Shown here in pieces: positions 18,184-27,225 of a DNA stretch of 49,614 bases. The notes beneath the pieces were generated by a model. It was not told the DNA's origin and did not search any database. It saw only the letters and a list, made by a program, of their open reading frames with translations. The first letter of the stretch is position 1, and every line of letters begins with the position of its first letter. The position numbers and the translations under genes were made by a program. Origin of the DNA: a virus; UHGV virus genome UHGV-0299211. One strand, written 5' to 3'.

Positions 18184-18981
18184 ATGAAAAGAACAGAGAC
18201 AAACAATGATATAAATATTAGTTTTAATTCAATAGCAGATGTGGTTCATTATATTGATACAACAGAAAGAACATTATTCTATCAAAAATATCATGCATCA
18301 GATAATAATAATTATGGTTTTACAGGAACACATTCAATGGAGGAAGCAAGGGAGTTATTGTTTCATGGTTGGGAAGATGGAGCAAAACATTTAAAAAGTA
18401 AACTGGATGCCAAAGTTAATGTAAATAACAATGGATATAGAAACAAAGCGTTTTATGATATTGCTGGATTCCAGTGCAGTGTTCCAAGATATTTACAAGG
18501 TATTCCAACAAATATGATAAACAATAAAAGAGTTGTTCAAAAACAGAAAGTTGTAAACATAACAAAAGATTTTGGCTATAGTGGTGCAACATCAACACAA
18601 ACAATGATGCGCGAAAGCGTAAAGTTCTTACAGGCTGTAGATAAGCTAGAAAAACAAGGCATGCGTTGTAATGTATTTGTTAGTGTCGTAACAAGAAGTA
18701 GAAAATCAAAGGGTTATATTGATATTCGAGTGAAAGTAAAAGACAGCTCACAGCGTATGAATTTAAAACAGCTTGCATTTCCGTTAGCACATCCGAGTAT
18801 GTTTAGAAGAATAGTATTTGGGTTAATTGAACGATTAGAGGATTGCAAAGACTTTGGTAGAGATTATGGTCTATGCACAGGTTGGGAAGATGTAAAATAT
18901 TTATACAAAGGTGAATACTATGTTCCAAGAAATGTTATGGAAGAAGGGATAACAAACATTGAAAAATACAAAATAAATTAA
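18184..18981 (+). CDS. Hypothetical protein (265 aa), upstream partner of the AAA+ ATPase
   Basis: RBS AAGGAGAAAAC. No recognizable motif. Confidence 0.5.
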   Translation: MKRTETNNDINISFNSIADVVHYIDTTERTLFYQKYHASDNNNYGFTGTHSMEEARELLFHGWEDGAKHLKSKLDAKVNVNNNGYRNKAFYDIAGFQCSVPRYLQGIPTNMINNKRVVQKQKVVNITKDFGYSGATSTQTMMRESVKFLQAVDKLEKQGMRCNVFVSVVTRSRKSKGYIDIRVKVKDSSQRMNLKQLAFPLAHPSMFRRIVFGLIERLEDCKDFGRDYGLCTGWEDVKYLYKGEYYVPRNVMEEGITNIEKYKIN

Positions 18982-18991
18982 AACAAAACTA

Positions 18992-19020
18992 TTGACTTAT
19001 TTGTTTGTTTGGTATATTAT
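18992..19020 (+). promoter_or_regulatory. Sigma-A promoter TTGACT-17-TATTAT
   Basis: Read directly from the sequence. Confidence 0.55.
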
Positions 19021-19072
19021 AATAGATGTAAGGAACAAATAAATAAGTCAGAAAACAAATAAGGAGAGCAAA

Positions 19073-20215
19073 ATGATGATAGGAAGAACATTTGAAAGTG
19101 TAACAAAGATTGATGATATGCACGTGGAGTGCAGAACAAAAACAGATTTTGGTGTTGTAACACTGAAAAGAACATTCAGAAAACATACCAAAGAAATTAG
19201 AGAAATGCAGAAGAATGGTGTTTATGTTTTTGAGATTCATGGCATCTTCTATTATTACACGTTTGATGAAAATGGAAATGGTACACAGTATAAAGAGCCG
19301 GAAAATTTCCGTTCAGAAAACAGAACAACAAACGAACTTAAAACACAAGGAAGAAAAAGTAAAACAAATAAAACTTCTGTGGAGCTTATTCACCCAGTAG
19401 TAAAACCTAAAAAGGAAGAACCAGTAAAAGAAATTTCTTTAGTGGAAGAAGAAAAAGAAATCAGACATGAGAAATATAATTTAATTAAAACTTGTATTGA
19501 ACAGAATGAAGCTGTTTACCTTGTAGGGGATGCAGGAACAGGAAAGAACTTTACACTTGAACAGATTGCATGGGATTTAGGTTTGGATTTCTATTTCACA
19601 AACAGTGTACAGCAAGAATATAAAATCACAGGATTCATTGATGCTGGTGGCGTTTACCATGAAACAGAATTCTATAAAGCGTTTACAAAAGGTGGTTTAT
19701 TCTTCCTTGATGAAATGGATGCAAGTATTCCAGAAGTATTAGTATTACTTAATGCGGCACTTGCAAATAGATATTTTGAGTTCCCAATTGGTAGAGTAGA
19801 AGCAAATGAAAACTTTAGAGTTGTAGCGGCTGGAAATACTGTTGGAAGTGGTGCTGATGAAATGTATACAGGAAGACTTGTTCTTGACCAAGCAACACTT
19901 GATAGATTTGTTACAATTAAGTTTGATTATGATAGAAGAATAGAACTTAACCTTGCAAAGGGAAACACAGAGCTTGTTGATTTTATCGAAGAACTCAGAA
20001 CACAGGCTAGAACAAATGGAATCAGAGCAACATTTAGTTATAGATGTATTATGGCAGTAACAAAACTTGAGAAAGCTGGAATTGATATTAATACATTGTT
20101 AGAGATTGCAGTATTTAAAGGGTTGGGAGCTGATACAATTAATACATTTAATAAATACAGACTTTGTAATAACAAATACATGAAAGTATTTAGGGAAGAG
20201 TTTAAGGTAGTCTAA
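19073..20215 (+). CDS. AAA+ ATPase, MoxR/AAA_5 (CobS-like) family
   Basis: Walker A GDAGTGKN. Walker B LFFLDEMD. Sensor RVVAAGNT. A 150-aa N-terminal extension of unknown function. Confidence 0.6.
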   Translation: MMIGRTFESVTKIDDMHVECRTKTDFGVVTLKRTFRKHTKEIREMQKNGVYVFEIHGIFYYYTFDENGNGTQYKEPENFRSENRTTNELKTQGRKSKTNKTSVELIHPVVKPKKEEPVKEISLVEEEKEIRHEKYNLIKTCIEQNEAVYLVGDAGTGKNFTLEQIAWDLGLDFYFTNSVQQEYKITGFIDAGGVYHETEFYKAFTKGGLFFLDEMDASIPEVLVLLNAALANRYFEFPIGRVEANENFRVVAAGNTVGSGADEMYTGRLVLDQATLDRFVTIKFDYDRRIELNLAKGNTELVDFIEELRTQARTNGIRATFSYRCIMAVTKLEKAGIDINTLLEIAVFKGLGADTINTFNKYRLCNNKYMKVFREEFKVV

Positions 20216-20231
20216 AAAGCTACCTTTTATT
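20204..20231 (+). terminator. Intrinsic terminator overlapping the stop codon
   Basis: AAGGTAG-tctaaaaag-CTACCTT followed by TTTATT. Confidence 0.6.
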
Positions 20232-20342
20232 ATACCTTTAGAGCTTGTATTTTAAGTTTCTAGCGTGTTTATATAGTTCAGTAATAAAAGTATAGGCTAA
20301 AGGCATAAAGTGTCTTAAATCGTTAAATAGGAGGGTCATATA

Positions 20343-20627
20343 ATGGAATGTAATATTTTAAGATTAGCAGATGAAAAACCAGAAAAGAAACAGTGTTTTA
20401 AAACAAAATACAAAAATGTTGTTATTGTAAAGTTAAAAGATAGATGCTATTCTATAACGCATTATCAAACAGGAGTAGCAATAAGTATTAACCGCTATAC
20501 ATCAATAAACAAAGCGTTGTTAGATTTAGATGAAACAGTTTATAGCGCAAGGAAATATTTAAAGAAAAACAATATAACATTCAAACAAGATTGCAAACGA
20601 AGAGGGATAAAACAAATAAATTTCTAA
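20343..20627 (+). CDS. Hypothetical protein
   Basis: RBS AATAGGAGGG. Confidence 0.45.
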   Translation: MECNILRLADEKPEKKQCFKTKYKNVVIVKLKDRCYSITHYQTGVAISINRYTSINKALLDLDETVYSARKYLKKNNITFKQDCKRRGIKQINF

Positions 20628-20730
20628 AAGGAAAATTTTCTTTTTGTATATATATTTATATATATTTTTCTTTATAAAGCTATACAGCTTATATTATAAA
20701 AATATAACATAAAAAGTTTTTAAATAGTTA

Positions 20731-20759
20731 TTGACATATAATAACAAATGTATTATAGT
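20731..20759 (+). promoter_or_regulatory. Sigma-A promoter TTGACA-17-TATAGT
   Basis: Lies in an AT-rich region that contains repeats. Confidence 0.5.
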
Positions 20760-20850
20760 ATTATTTGTAAACAAGATAACAGTAATATAACAAATAAGGA
20801 GATTAAAACAGATTAGAAGAAAATATAATAACAAAGGAGGTAAATAACAA

Positions 20851-21165
20851 ATGTATATTTTTCCAGCATATTGGACAGATAAATTAAAAATAGATTTCTT
20901 ACAAAGAGTTATTTTAATACATAGTTATTTGTACTATGAAGAGGATAATCCAAAATGGAGTGATAAAAAGTTTGATGAAATAGCACAGCAGTTAGTAAGA
21001 GAACAAAAAGTATATTCACAGAAAACATTAAGAATATATACACAATATGGATATGTTTTCTATGATTTTGATGGGACAACAGGTTTTGATTTGTTTAGTA
21101 GGTTGAATGGAATGGACAAACAGTTCATTGGTAAACTAGCAAAGGGGATTATAAAAGGTGAATAG
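20851..21165 (+). CDS. Hypothetical protein
   Basis: RBS AAAGGAGGT. Confidence 0.45.
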   Translation: MYIFPAYWTDKLKIDFLQRVILIHSYLYYEEDNPKWSDKKFDEIAQQLVREQKVYSQKTLRIYTQYGYVFYDFDGTTGFDLFSRLNGMDKQFIGKLAKGIIKGE

Positions 21166-21166
21166 C

Positions 21167-21892
21167 ATGAATAAAATTAAAACATTAACAGAAATACAAA
21201 ATGAAACAGGATTGAGTAAAACAATTATTAAATCGTTAATAGTTGATTACAATATCCCATGTGTTCAAATAGGTGATAACAGAGATGCTCTGATTCTAGT
21301 AGATGAAGAACAATTTAAAAAAGTATTTACAAATGTAAATGTTGAACTAAAGTTAAGAACACAGGAACGAAGAAGAAAGAGCAGAGAGTATAACAGAAAG
21401 TGGTATTCTGAAAACAGCGATAGTGAAATTGAAAAAGCAACAGAAAGAGCAGATAAGAATACGAATACTTTTGGAAGAAGAACAGGACATGCAAGAGGGC
21501 AAGGGAGCATGGTGAAACGTGATTATGAATTGACAAAAGAGGAACTAGATAGAAGAAACAATAAAAGGGAATCACGCAAGGGAAGAAAAGCAAAGTCAAA
21601 AAGAAAAGGTCACAGTATTCTTGTTTGGTATGATGGAACATTAGAACATCTTACAGAATCAGAATACAATAGATTATATAATTTAGAATTAAAAAGGCAG
21701 AAACGTTGTGCAGTCATTGGTTCAGTTGGAACAGTAGTTCCGTCAATACATTTCTTGTTTGATTTTGATTTAGAACAAATGTTAAAAGACAATGCATATA
21801 TCACAACAGGAAATAAAAAGAAATGCATAACAAAATGGTGGGATGGGGAAATAAGGCATTGGACAGTAAATGATGGTATATGGAAGAAGTAG
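21167..21892 (+). CDS. HTH DNA-binding protein with a basic Arg/Lys-rich middle region
   Basis: LTEIQNETGLSKTIIKSLI resembles an Xis/MerR-type HTH. RRRKSREYNRK...RKGRKAKSKRKG. Confidence 0.5.
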   Translation: MNKIKTLTEIQNETGLSKTIIKSLIVDYNIPCVQIGDNRDALILVDEEQFKKVFTNVNVELKLRTQERRRKSREYNRKWYSENSDSEIEKATERADKNTNTFGRRTGHARGQGSMVKRDYELTKEELDRRNNKRESRKGRKAKSKRKGHSILVWYDGTLEHLTESEYNRLYNLELKRQKRCAVIGSVGTVVPSIHFLFDFDLEQMLKDNAYITTGNKKKCITKWWDGEIRHWTVNDGIWKK

Positions 21893-21904
21893 GAAGTGAA
21901 ATAA

Positions 21905-22135
21905 ATGGTAAATAAACATCCATCACAGAAAGACATAGAACAGGAAAGAATAAAAGGCGCAATAAATATTTTATTAAAAAGGCATAATAATCTTCCTTGT
22001 TTGAAATGGGAATGTAGGAATGGTAATTGTTTAGCACGTAAACATAAAGATTGTGGTAGAGAATGCCAGTTCTTTAGCTGTTTAGGTTGTAAATATGTTA
22101 GTGAATGTGTAGGAGAAATAACAAAAGTACAATAG
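21905..22135 (+). CDS. Cys-rich small protein (8 Cys)
   Basis: CLKWECRNGNCLARKHKDCGRECQFFSCLGCKYVSEC. Confidence 0.4.
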   Translation: MVNKHPSQKDIEQERIKGAINILLKRHNNLPCLKWECRNGNCLARKHKDCGRECQFFSCLGCKYVSECVGEITKVQ

Positions 22136-22150
22136 GGAGGCAAAACAAAC

Positions 22151-22672
22151 ATGGAACAAAACATATTAAAAAGGTACAATGAAATACATATAATGCTTTG
22201 GGAAGAAGTAATAAAGGTATTTGCATCTAGAACAAGCAAAATTAGAGGTATTGAATATTATAGAGTAATCCAAGAACAAATAGAAACATTATATATTTCA
22301 TCATTAAAAAGAACAGCAATATTTAATCTGTTTGTTAGGGGAAATATAACAGAACAGGAAAAGAACAATTTATTAGTGTCTTGTGACTGTTCAGCTTGCT
22401 ATATTGCAAGTAAAGAACGTGATTTACAGTATAGATTTGATTCACCATGTAATTATTGTCCTATAGAAAAATGGAGAGGAATTGATAAACATTGTAATGA
22501 TTATTGTACATTACAGGATAGAATAGACAATTTAATTAGATACATAACAAAATGTATTGATGGAAAAGAAAAGTTCAATCTAGGGGCATATACAAGCCTT
22601 AGAAAGGCTGTTATGAAAAAGATGTATATAATAGCGCATTTAGAATGGGGATATGAAGAAAATGAAGTATGA
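22151..22672 (+). CDS. Cys-rich hypothetical protein
   Basis: CDCSACY...CNYCP...HCNDYC. RBS AGGGAGG. Confidence 0.45.
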   Translation: MEQNILKRYNEIHIMLWEEVIKVFASRTSKIRGIEYYRVIQEQIETLYISSLKRTAIFNLFVRGNITEQEKNNLLVSCDCSACYIASKERDLQYRFDSPCNYCPIEKWRGIDKHCNDYCTLQDRIDNLIRYITKCIDGKEKFNLGAYTSLRKAVMKKMYIIAHLEWGYEENEV

Positions 22673-22820
22673 AGAATATAATATCACAGAAGCAGAAATA
22701 AATGATTTAAGAAAATACATGGCGAAATGTATTAAAAAGCTCAATAAAGTTGCACGTATAAATCTTAGAAATGCTATTTTAAGAAGATTATATTTTTTAG
22801 AATGGAGGTATAAAGATTAA
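22662..22820 (+). CDS. Small ORF (52 aa)
   Basis: Its ATG overlaps the upstream stop (ATGA). Its stop overlaps the downstream ATG. Confidence 0.3.
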   Translation: MKYEEYNITEAEINDLRKYMAKCIKKLNKVARINLRNAILRRLYFLEWRYKD

Positions 22821-23033
22821 ATGTTAAATGGAAAAGGAAGTAACTATAGTTATGTAATAGTACAAACAGAAACAAGATTCAAAGACTTGTTTGGAACAGC
22901 AGAACTCAATGAAGCAAGAAAGAATTACAGAAGTAAAAGTACACAGAAACTTGGTTTAGGGTATATCAAATACCTTGAAGCATTAACAAAACAAAAGTTA
23001 AAAGAACAGGATGGAGAAACAAATGAAGATTGA
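22821..23033 (+). CDS. Small hypothetical protein
   Basis: RBS GGAGGTATAAAG. Confidence 0.4.
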   Translation: MLNGKGSNYSYVIVQTETRFKDLFGTAELNEARKNYRSKSTQKLGLGYIKYLEALTKQKLKEQDGETNED

Positions 23034-23412
23034 AAAAGAATATAATGTACAGGGACTTGCGGACAAAGTAAAAGGTTGTATTAAAACAGTATGTGAAACT
23101 AAATCAAGAAATGTGAGTCTTGAAGTTATAACAGCACAGGAGATTGTAGATGTTTTGGAAGTGGTAGCAAGCTGGGAAAACAAAAGAGCAGAATTAAATG
23201 ATATAAGTGACGAAGAGTCAAAAGGTTGTTGTTTTGGCTGGCATATTAATGGGGATAAGAAATGCAATTTATGTGTATATGAAAGAGAATGTATGATTGA
23301 AGCAAAAGAAAGAGAGAAGTGTTTTGGAAAATCTTATGGTAAAAGACCTATCATTGTATGTGGGACTTGTAAATACAGAAAGAAGTGCGAGGAACTAACA
23401 AAACATGAATAA
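23023..23412 (+). CDS. Cys-rich hypothetical protein
   Basis: GCCFGWHINGDKKCNLCVYERECM...CFGKSYGKRPIIVCGTCKYRKKC. Confidence 0.4.
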   Translation: MKIEKEYNVQGLADKVKGCIKTVCETKSRNVSLEVITAQEIVDVLEVVASWENKRAELNDISDEESKGCCFGWHINGDKKCNLCVYERECMIEAKEREKCFGKSYGKRPIIVCGTCKYRKKCEELTKHE

Positions 23413-24091
23413 ACGTAGTACAAAGTGGTATAGAAAGAATGAAGCAGATGTAATGCACAGGCTAGGTTTAAAACCTACAAGAAACAGTGGTGCTGGATGG
23501 ATAGAAAAATGTGATGGAGAGAGCGAGAATTTCCTTTGTGAGCTTAAAAGCACAGACAATGAAAGTTTTAGTATTAAGCAAAGTGTATTACATGTATTAG
23601 AGCATCATGCTTTAGAAGCTCATAAAATACCACTATTTGCCTTTCAATTCATTAACAGGGATGAAGTATGGGTCGCAATAAAAGAAGAGGATATACAAGC
23701 ATATAGGGAGCTTATAGAGCGTGATGTATTAAGTAAGCTTGCAGAAGAAGATGAAGAATTCTTAAAAAAGTATAAAATCTGCAAAAAGGGTATTGGCAAC
23801 CAAAGTGAAGAAGAGTATTATAAGGGGGAGAAAGAAAGAGGGGGTTCTGAAGCTGTTAGCTTCATGCCCAACACAGATAAGTTAAACAGCTTAGATTCTA
23901 ACTCAAATAGAAATAGTAATACAAAACAAAGTATTAATGTTATAGATGTTAATAAAGTAAAACATAACATAAATGCTAGAAATAACTATTTCAAACAAAA
24001 AGAACAAGAAAGAAGAAAACAAGAACAGAAGTTTAGAACAGAAAGGAGAAAAACAAAACAGTGGAAAGAAAGTTACAACAAAAAGGGATAG
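23405..24091 (+). CDS. PD-(D/E)XK nuclease, Hjc / VRR-NUC-like, with a basic C-terminal tail
   Basis: NSGAGWIEKCDGESENFLCELKST matches the SG-G...DG...E-x-K core of Hjc-type resolvases and VRR-NUC domains. Confidence 0.5.
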   Translation: MNKRSTKWYRKNEADVMHRLGLKPTRNSGAGWIEKCDGESENFLCELKSTDNESFSIKQSVLHVLEHHALEAHKIPLFAFQFINRDEVWVAIKEEDIQAYRELIERDVLSKLAEEDEEFLKKYKICKKGIGNQSEEEYYKGEKERGGSEAVSFMPNTDKLNSLDSNSNRNSNTKQSINVIDVNKVKHNINARNNYFKQKEQERRKQEQKFRTERRKTKQWKESYNKKG

Positions 24092-24447
24092 CTACTTTTG
24101 AGGGTTTAACTATTGGAAAAAACAAAACAGTACAGGTTAAGTTTAAACTCCGATATGATGAAATCTTAACAAGTGTAGAGTTATTACAGGGATTAAACAA
24201 TGATATTACTTTACATGCAAAAGGAGCTACAAGCAGGGAAGTAAATTTGGGTATGTTTACTATTGGAGCAATTAACTTTGATAAAGATGGAAATGCAACA
24301 ATCCCATTTAAGTCACTTGTGGAAAATGTAAACTTAGATAATATTTGTTCATTGGTTGATGAAGAATATATTATGCTTAAGTTTATGGCAGTATTAGAGT
24401 TACCAGATAACGGAGAAGAGGGAGGTGGAGAAGAATGGGAAGATTAA
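24061..24447 (+). CDS. Hypothetical protein
   Basis: GTG start overlapping the upstream gene. Acidic C-terminus. Confidence 0.35.
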   Translation: MERKLQQKGIATFEGLTIGKNKTVQVKFKLRYDEILTSVELLQGLNNDITLHAKGATSREVNLGMFTIGAINFDKDGNATIPFKSLVENVNLDNICSLVDEEYIMLKFMAVLELPDNGEEGGGEEWED

Positions 24448-24728
24448 CGTTCAGAGAGCTTTCCTCAAAACGTTTTAAGGACAGAAGAAACGTAGTAATT
24501 TCAGAAGCATACAACAGTGAAACAAACAAAGTAGGTTATAGTGTTGCAGAACAGCTTGTAACAGAAGAGGATGGAAAAGAAACAAAGGTATTTCTTAAAG
24601 GCAGTTTAGGCATCCTTGATGAAGATGGTCTAATTGCTTTAGCAGATTGTGTTCTTGAAGCATGTGAAGCTGTTGGACTTGTAGAACATGCTGAGACATG
24701 TGAATGCTGTGAAGAAGAAAGTAAATAA
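24435..24728 (+). CDS. Hypothetical protein
   Basis: RBS GGGAGGTGGAG. Confidence 0.4.
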   Translation: MGRLTFRELSSKRFKDRRNVVISEAYNSETNKVGYSVAEQLVTEEDGKETKVFLKGSLGILDEDGLIALADCVLEACEAVGLVEHAETCECCEEESK

Positions 24729-24756
24729 ATTAATGTTTTATTTTATCAAATAACTA

Positions 24757-24785
24757 TTGACAAAAACAAAAACATATGTTAATAT
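24757..24785 (+). promoter_or_regulatory. Sigma-A promoter TTGACA-17-TAATAT
   Basis: Read directly from the sequence. Confidence 0.65.
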
Positions 24786-24860
24786 TTAAGAGTAAACAAA
24801 ATAAAACAGATTCAAGAAAAAAATTAAGAGAACAAAGTAAAAGAAAAAGGAGAAAGAAAA

Positions 24861-25526
24861 ATGGCAAAGAACTGGACAGCTTATGAAGCGGCAAAGGAAA
24901 TTATTGAGGGAAAGAACAAAGAAAATATCTGTGAGATTGGTTCACGTTACCCAATGCTTACAAGAGAGGTAGCAGTAGCGGGAGATAAGATTCTTGTGAT
25001 TCTTAAAGCACTTCCAAAGGTTACAGCAAGAGTTCTTGAAATAGGACTTAAGGACGGTGTGGAAGTTGAAACAGAAGTAGAAGAGGAAACAAAAGAAACA
25101 GAGAATGATGAAGATGTAGAAGATGAACTTGATTACACTGATATGACAGGTGCAAACCTTTACAAGTTGTGTTGTGCAAGAGGAATTTCTTCTAAGTGTA
25201 AATCAAGAAAGAAAGATGCGCTGATTGAACTTCTTGAAAAGTTCGATAGAGGTGAACTTGACGAGGAAGAGCCTAAGAAAGAAGCAAAGAAAGCAGAACC
25301 AGTTGTTGAAGAGGATGAGGATGATTGGGATACAGAGGATGATGAAGAGAAAGACCCATATGAGGGAAAAACAGCGAAAGAGCTGTTTAACATGTGTACA
25401 GAGCGTGGTATTAAAACAAAACCAAAACAGAAAGCAGATGCATATGTAAAACTTCTTAAGAAAGCTGATGCAGAGTCCGAAGCAGAAGAAGCAGAGGATG
25501 ATGAAGATGATGATTGGGAAATCTAA
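24861..25526 (+). CDS. Highly acidic protein with two HeH/SAP-like motifs
   Basis: LYKLCCARGISSKCKSRKKDALIELLEKF and AKELFNMCTERGIKTKPKQKADAYVKLLKKA. Long Glu/Asp runs. C-terminus DDDWEI. Confidence 0.5.
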   Translation: MAKNWTAYEAAKEIIEGKNKENICEIGSRYPMLTREVAVAGDKILVILKALPKVTARVLEIGLKDGVEVETEVEEETKETENDEDVEDELDYTDMTGANLYKLCCARGISSKCKSRKKDALIELLEKFDRGELDEEEPKKEAKKAEPVVEEDEDDWDTEDDEEKDPYEGKTAKELFNMCTERGIKTKPKQKADAYVKLLKKADAESEAEEAEDDEDDDWEI

Positions 25527-25624
25527 AACAAATAAATAAAACAAACGTTGCATAGATGTTGATAAAAGGCAGGAGGTAGGAATTATTCTATTTCTTGCCT
25601 TTTTTAATTAAGAGGAATAAAACA

Positions 25625-26020
25625 ATGAAAACAGAAGAGATTTTAAACTTAGATTGCACAAAACAGGAGAACATAAAAATATTAAACAATTTTCTTTGGA
25701 AAGTAAAACCAGTTGCAAAGATGCTTGAAAAACAAAACTATACAAAAACAGAGATTGCACCACTTGAAATATTAGAAAAAGCAATGCAAGGAATTTGTAT
25801 CAGATATAACTACAGAACACAGAGCTTTAGGCCATATTATGAACAACTTAATGAAACAAGAAAGTTCATATTCTATTCATGTTCATGTGTAAAAGTAAGG
25901 GAAAAGCATGATTGGATTGGAACAGTATATGGTAAAACATTGTGGGAGCTAGTTGCAAAGATTATTGTGAAATTATATGCAGACATTAAAGCAGATGTAA
26001 AGAAAGGAACAAATGAATGA
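25625..26020 (+). CDS. Hypothetical protein
   Basis: RBS AAGAGGAATAAAACAATG. The ORF track starts it at 25595. Confidence 0.4.
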   Translation: MKTEEILNLDCTKQENIKILNNFLWKVKPVAKMLEKQNYTKTEIAPLEILEKAMQGICIRYNYRTQSFRPYYEQLNETRKFIFYSCSCVKVREKHDWIGTVYGKTLWELVAKIIVKLYADIKADVKKGTNE

Positions 26021-26484
26021 AAGAATTGATATTTTATACAGATGGTGCTTGTAGCGGAAACCCTGGTATAGGTGGATGGAGTTATGTGGAACTTGTAAAA
26101 TGTGACAGCGGATTTAAAACAAGTGTAACAAAAGGGAACAAACGAAACACAACAAACAATGAAATGGAATTAACAGCTGTATATATGGCATTAGTAAAAG
26201 CCTTTAAGAGTAAAGCAAAAAAGGTGACAGTGTATTGTGATAGTGCGTATGTTGTGAATGCTATAACAAAAGGATGGCTTTTAAACTGGTATAAAAATGG
26301 ATGGAAAACTAAAGAAGATAAACCAGTGAAAAATAAACATATATGGGAAAAGATGTTCAAGTTAGTGTATGAAAAGAAAATGGTAATAAACATGGTACAC
26401 ATAAAAGGACATAATGGAGACCAACTAAATGAGCTTGCAGATAGAAGTGCAGTAGAAGCAAAGCAAGAGTTATCGGAGGATTAA
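26017..26484 (+). CDS. rnhA: Ribonuclease H (RNase HI)
   Basis: IFYTDGACSGNPGIGGW, ELTAVYMAL, YCDSAYV, GW...W...GWKT, HIKGHNGDQLNELAD. Confidence 0.8.
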   Translation: MKELIFYTDGACSGNPGIGGWSYVELVKCDSGFKTSVTKGNKRNTTNNEMELTAVYMALVKAFKSKAKKVTVYCDSAYVVNAITKGWLLNWYKNGWKTKEDKPVKNKHIWEKMFKLVYEKKMVINMVHIKGHNGDQLNELADRSAVEAKQELSED

Positions 26485-26488
26485 AGCC

Positions 26489-26854
26489 ATGTTAATAGCA
26501 GAAAAGATTATAAGCAAACAGTTCAAAGCTAAAACAATGAAACAGGCATATCTTGAATGTTGTAAATGGATATCAACAAACATTATAGCAAAGAATAATT
26601 CAAAAAACATAAGCTACAATATAAAGAAAAATGAAAGTAGTGGAATTGGTTGTGTAGAATTAGAAGTATATGCTATGGCAGATGAAAAAGAAGTGTTTGA
26701 GCATAACTGTGAAATATGCAAAGAGTTTGCCGGGGCGTTTTTCAACAAAGAAAACAAATACAGATGTGAAGTGTGCAAAATTCCGCCATATAGAAAAAGG
26801 CTTGAAACAAAACTGGAAACATTAAAAATGGGATTGAAAGGCAAGGTACTATGA
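26489..26854 (+). CDS. Hypothetical protein with a C-terminal Zn-ribbon
   Basis: NCEICKEF...CEVCKIPPY. Confidence 0.4.
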   Translation: MLIAEKIISKQFKAKTMKQAYLECCKWISTNIIAKNNSKNISYNIKKNESSGIGCVELEVYAMADEKEVFEHNCEICKEFAGAFFNKENKYRCEVCKIPPYRKRLETKLETLKMGLKGKVL

Positions 26855-27225
26855 GTAAACTATTTGAAGCAGTAGCAAGTTCATCAAAGGAAACTGTTGT
26901 ACAGGCTCGTAATTGGCTTGTAGGGCATTTTGAAGAACTTGTATGTATTATTTATATATTACTTCCATATGTGCTGATAAAAAGCCATATAGGGGCATTA
27001 GAAAGCATTGTAATAACATTGGTTGTAGTATTCATATTAAACTTTATAACAAAAGTAAAGCGAAAGTTAAAGAATGAAACAAAAGAGGGATTCCCAATAT
27101 CAGAATACAGGTACACAGTAAAAGATACAGATGGAATAGTAAGTATTAGGGAACAGGATACACAGGAAGCAATATTATATTTATGTGATGTAGAGGACTA
27201 CTTAAGGAGAAAAGGGTTGATATGA
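26851..27225 (+). CDS. Membrane protein
   Basis: Two hydrophobic helices: ICIIYILLPYVLI and IVITLVVVFILNFI. Confidence 0.4.
   Translation: MSKLFEAVASSSKETVVQARNWLVGHFEELVCIIYILLPYVLIKSHIGALESIVITLVVVFILNFITKVKRKLKNETKEGFPISEYRYTVKDTDGIVSIREQDTQEAILYLCDVEDYLRRKGLI

Noticed and set aside
21610-22239. 209-aa minus-strand ORF
   Set aside because: Antisense to three + strand genes. Composition dominated by F, L and S from the AT-rich template. No start context.
25560-25605. Terminator after the 24861 gene
   Set aside because: Only a 6-bp stem (AAGGCA/TGCCTT) with a 22-nt loop. Too weak to call.
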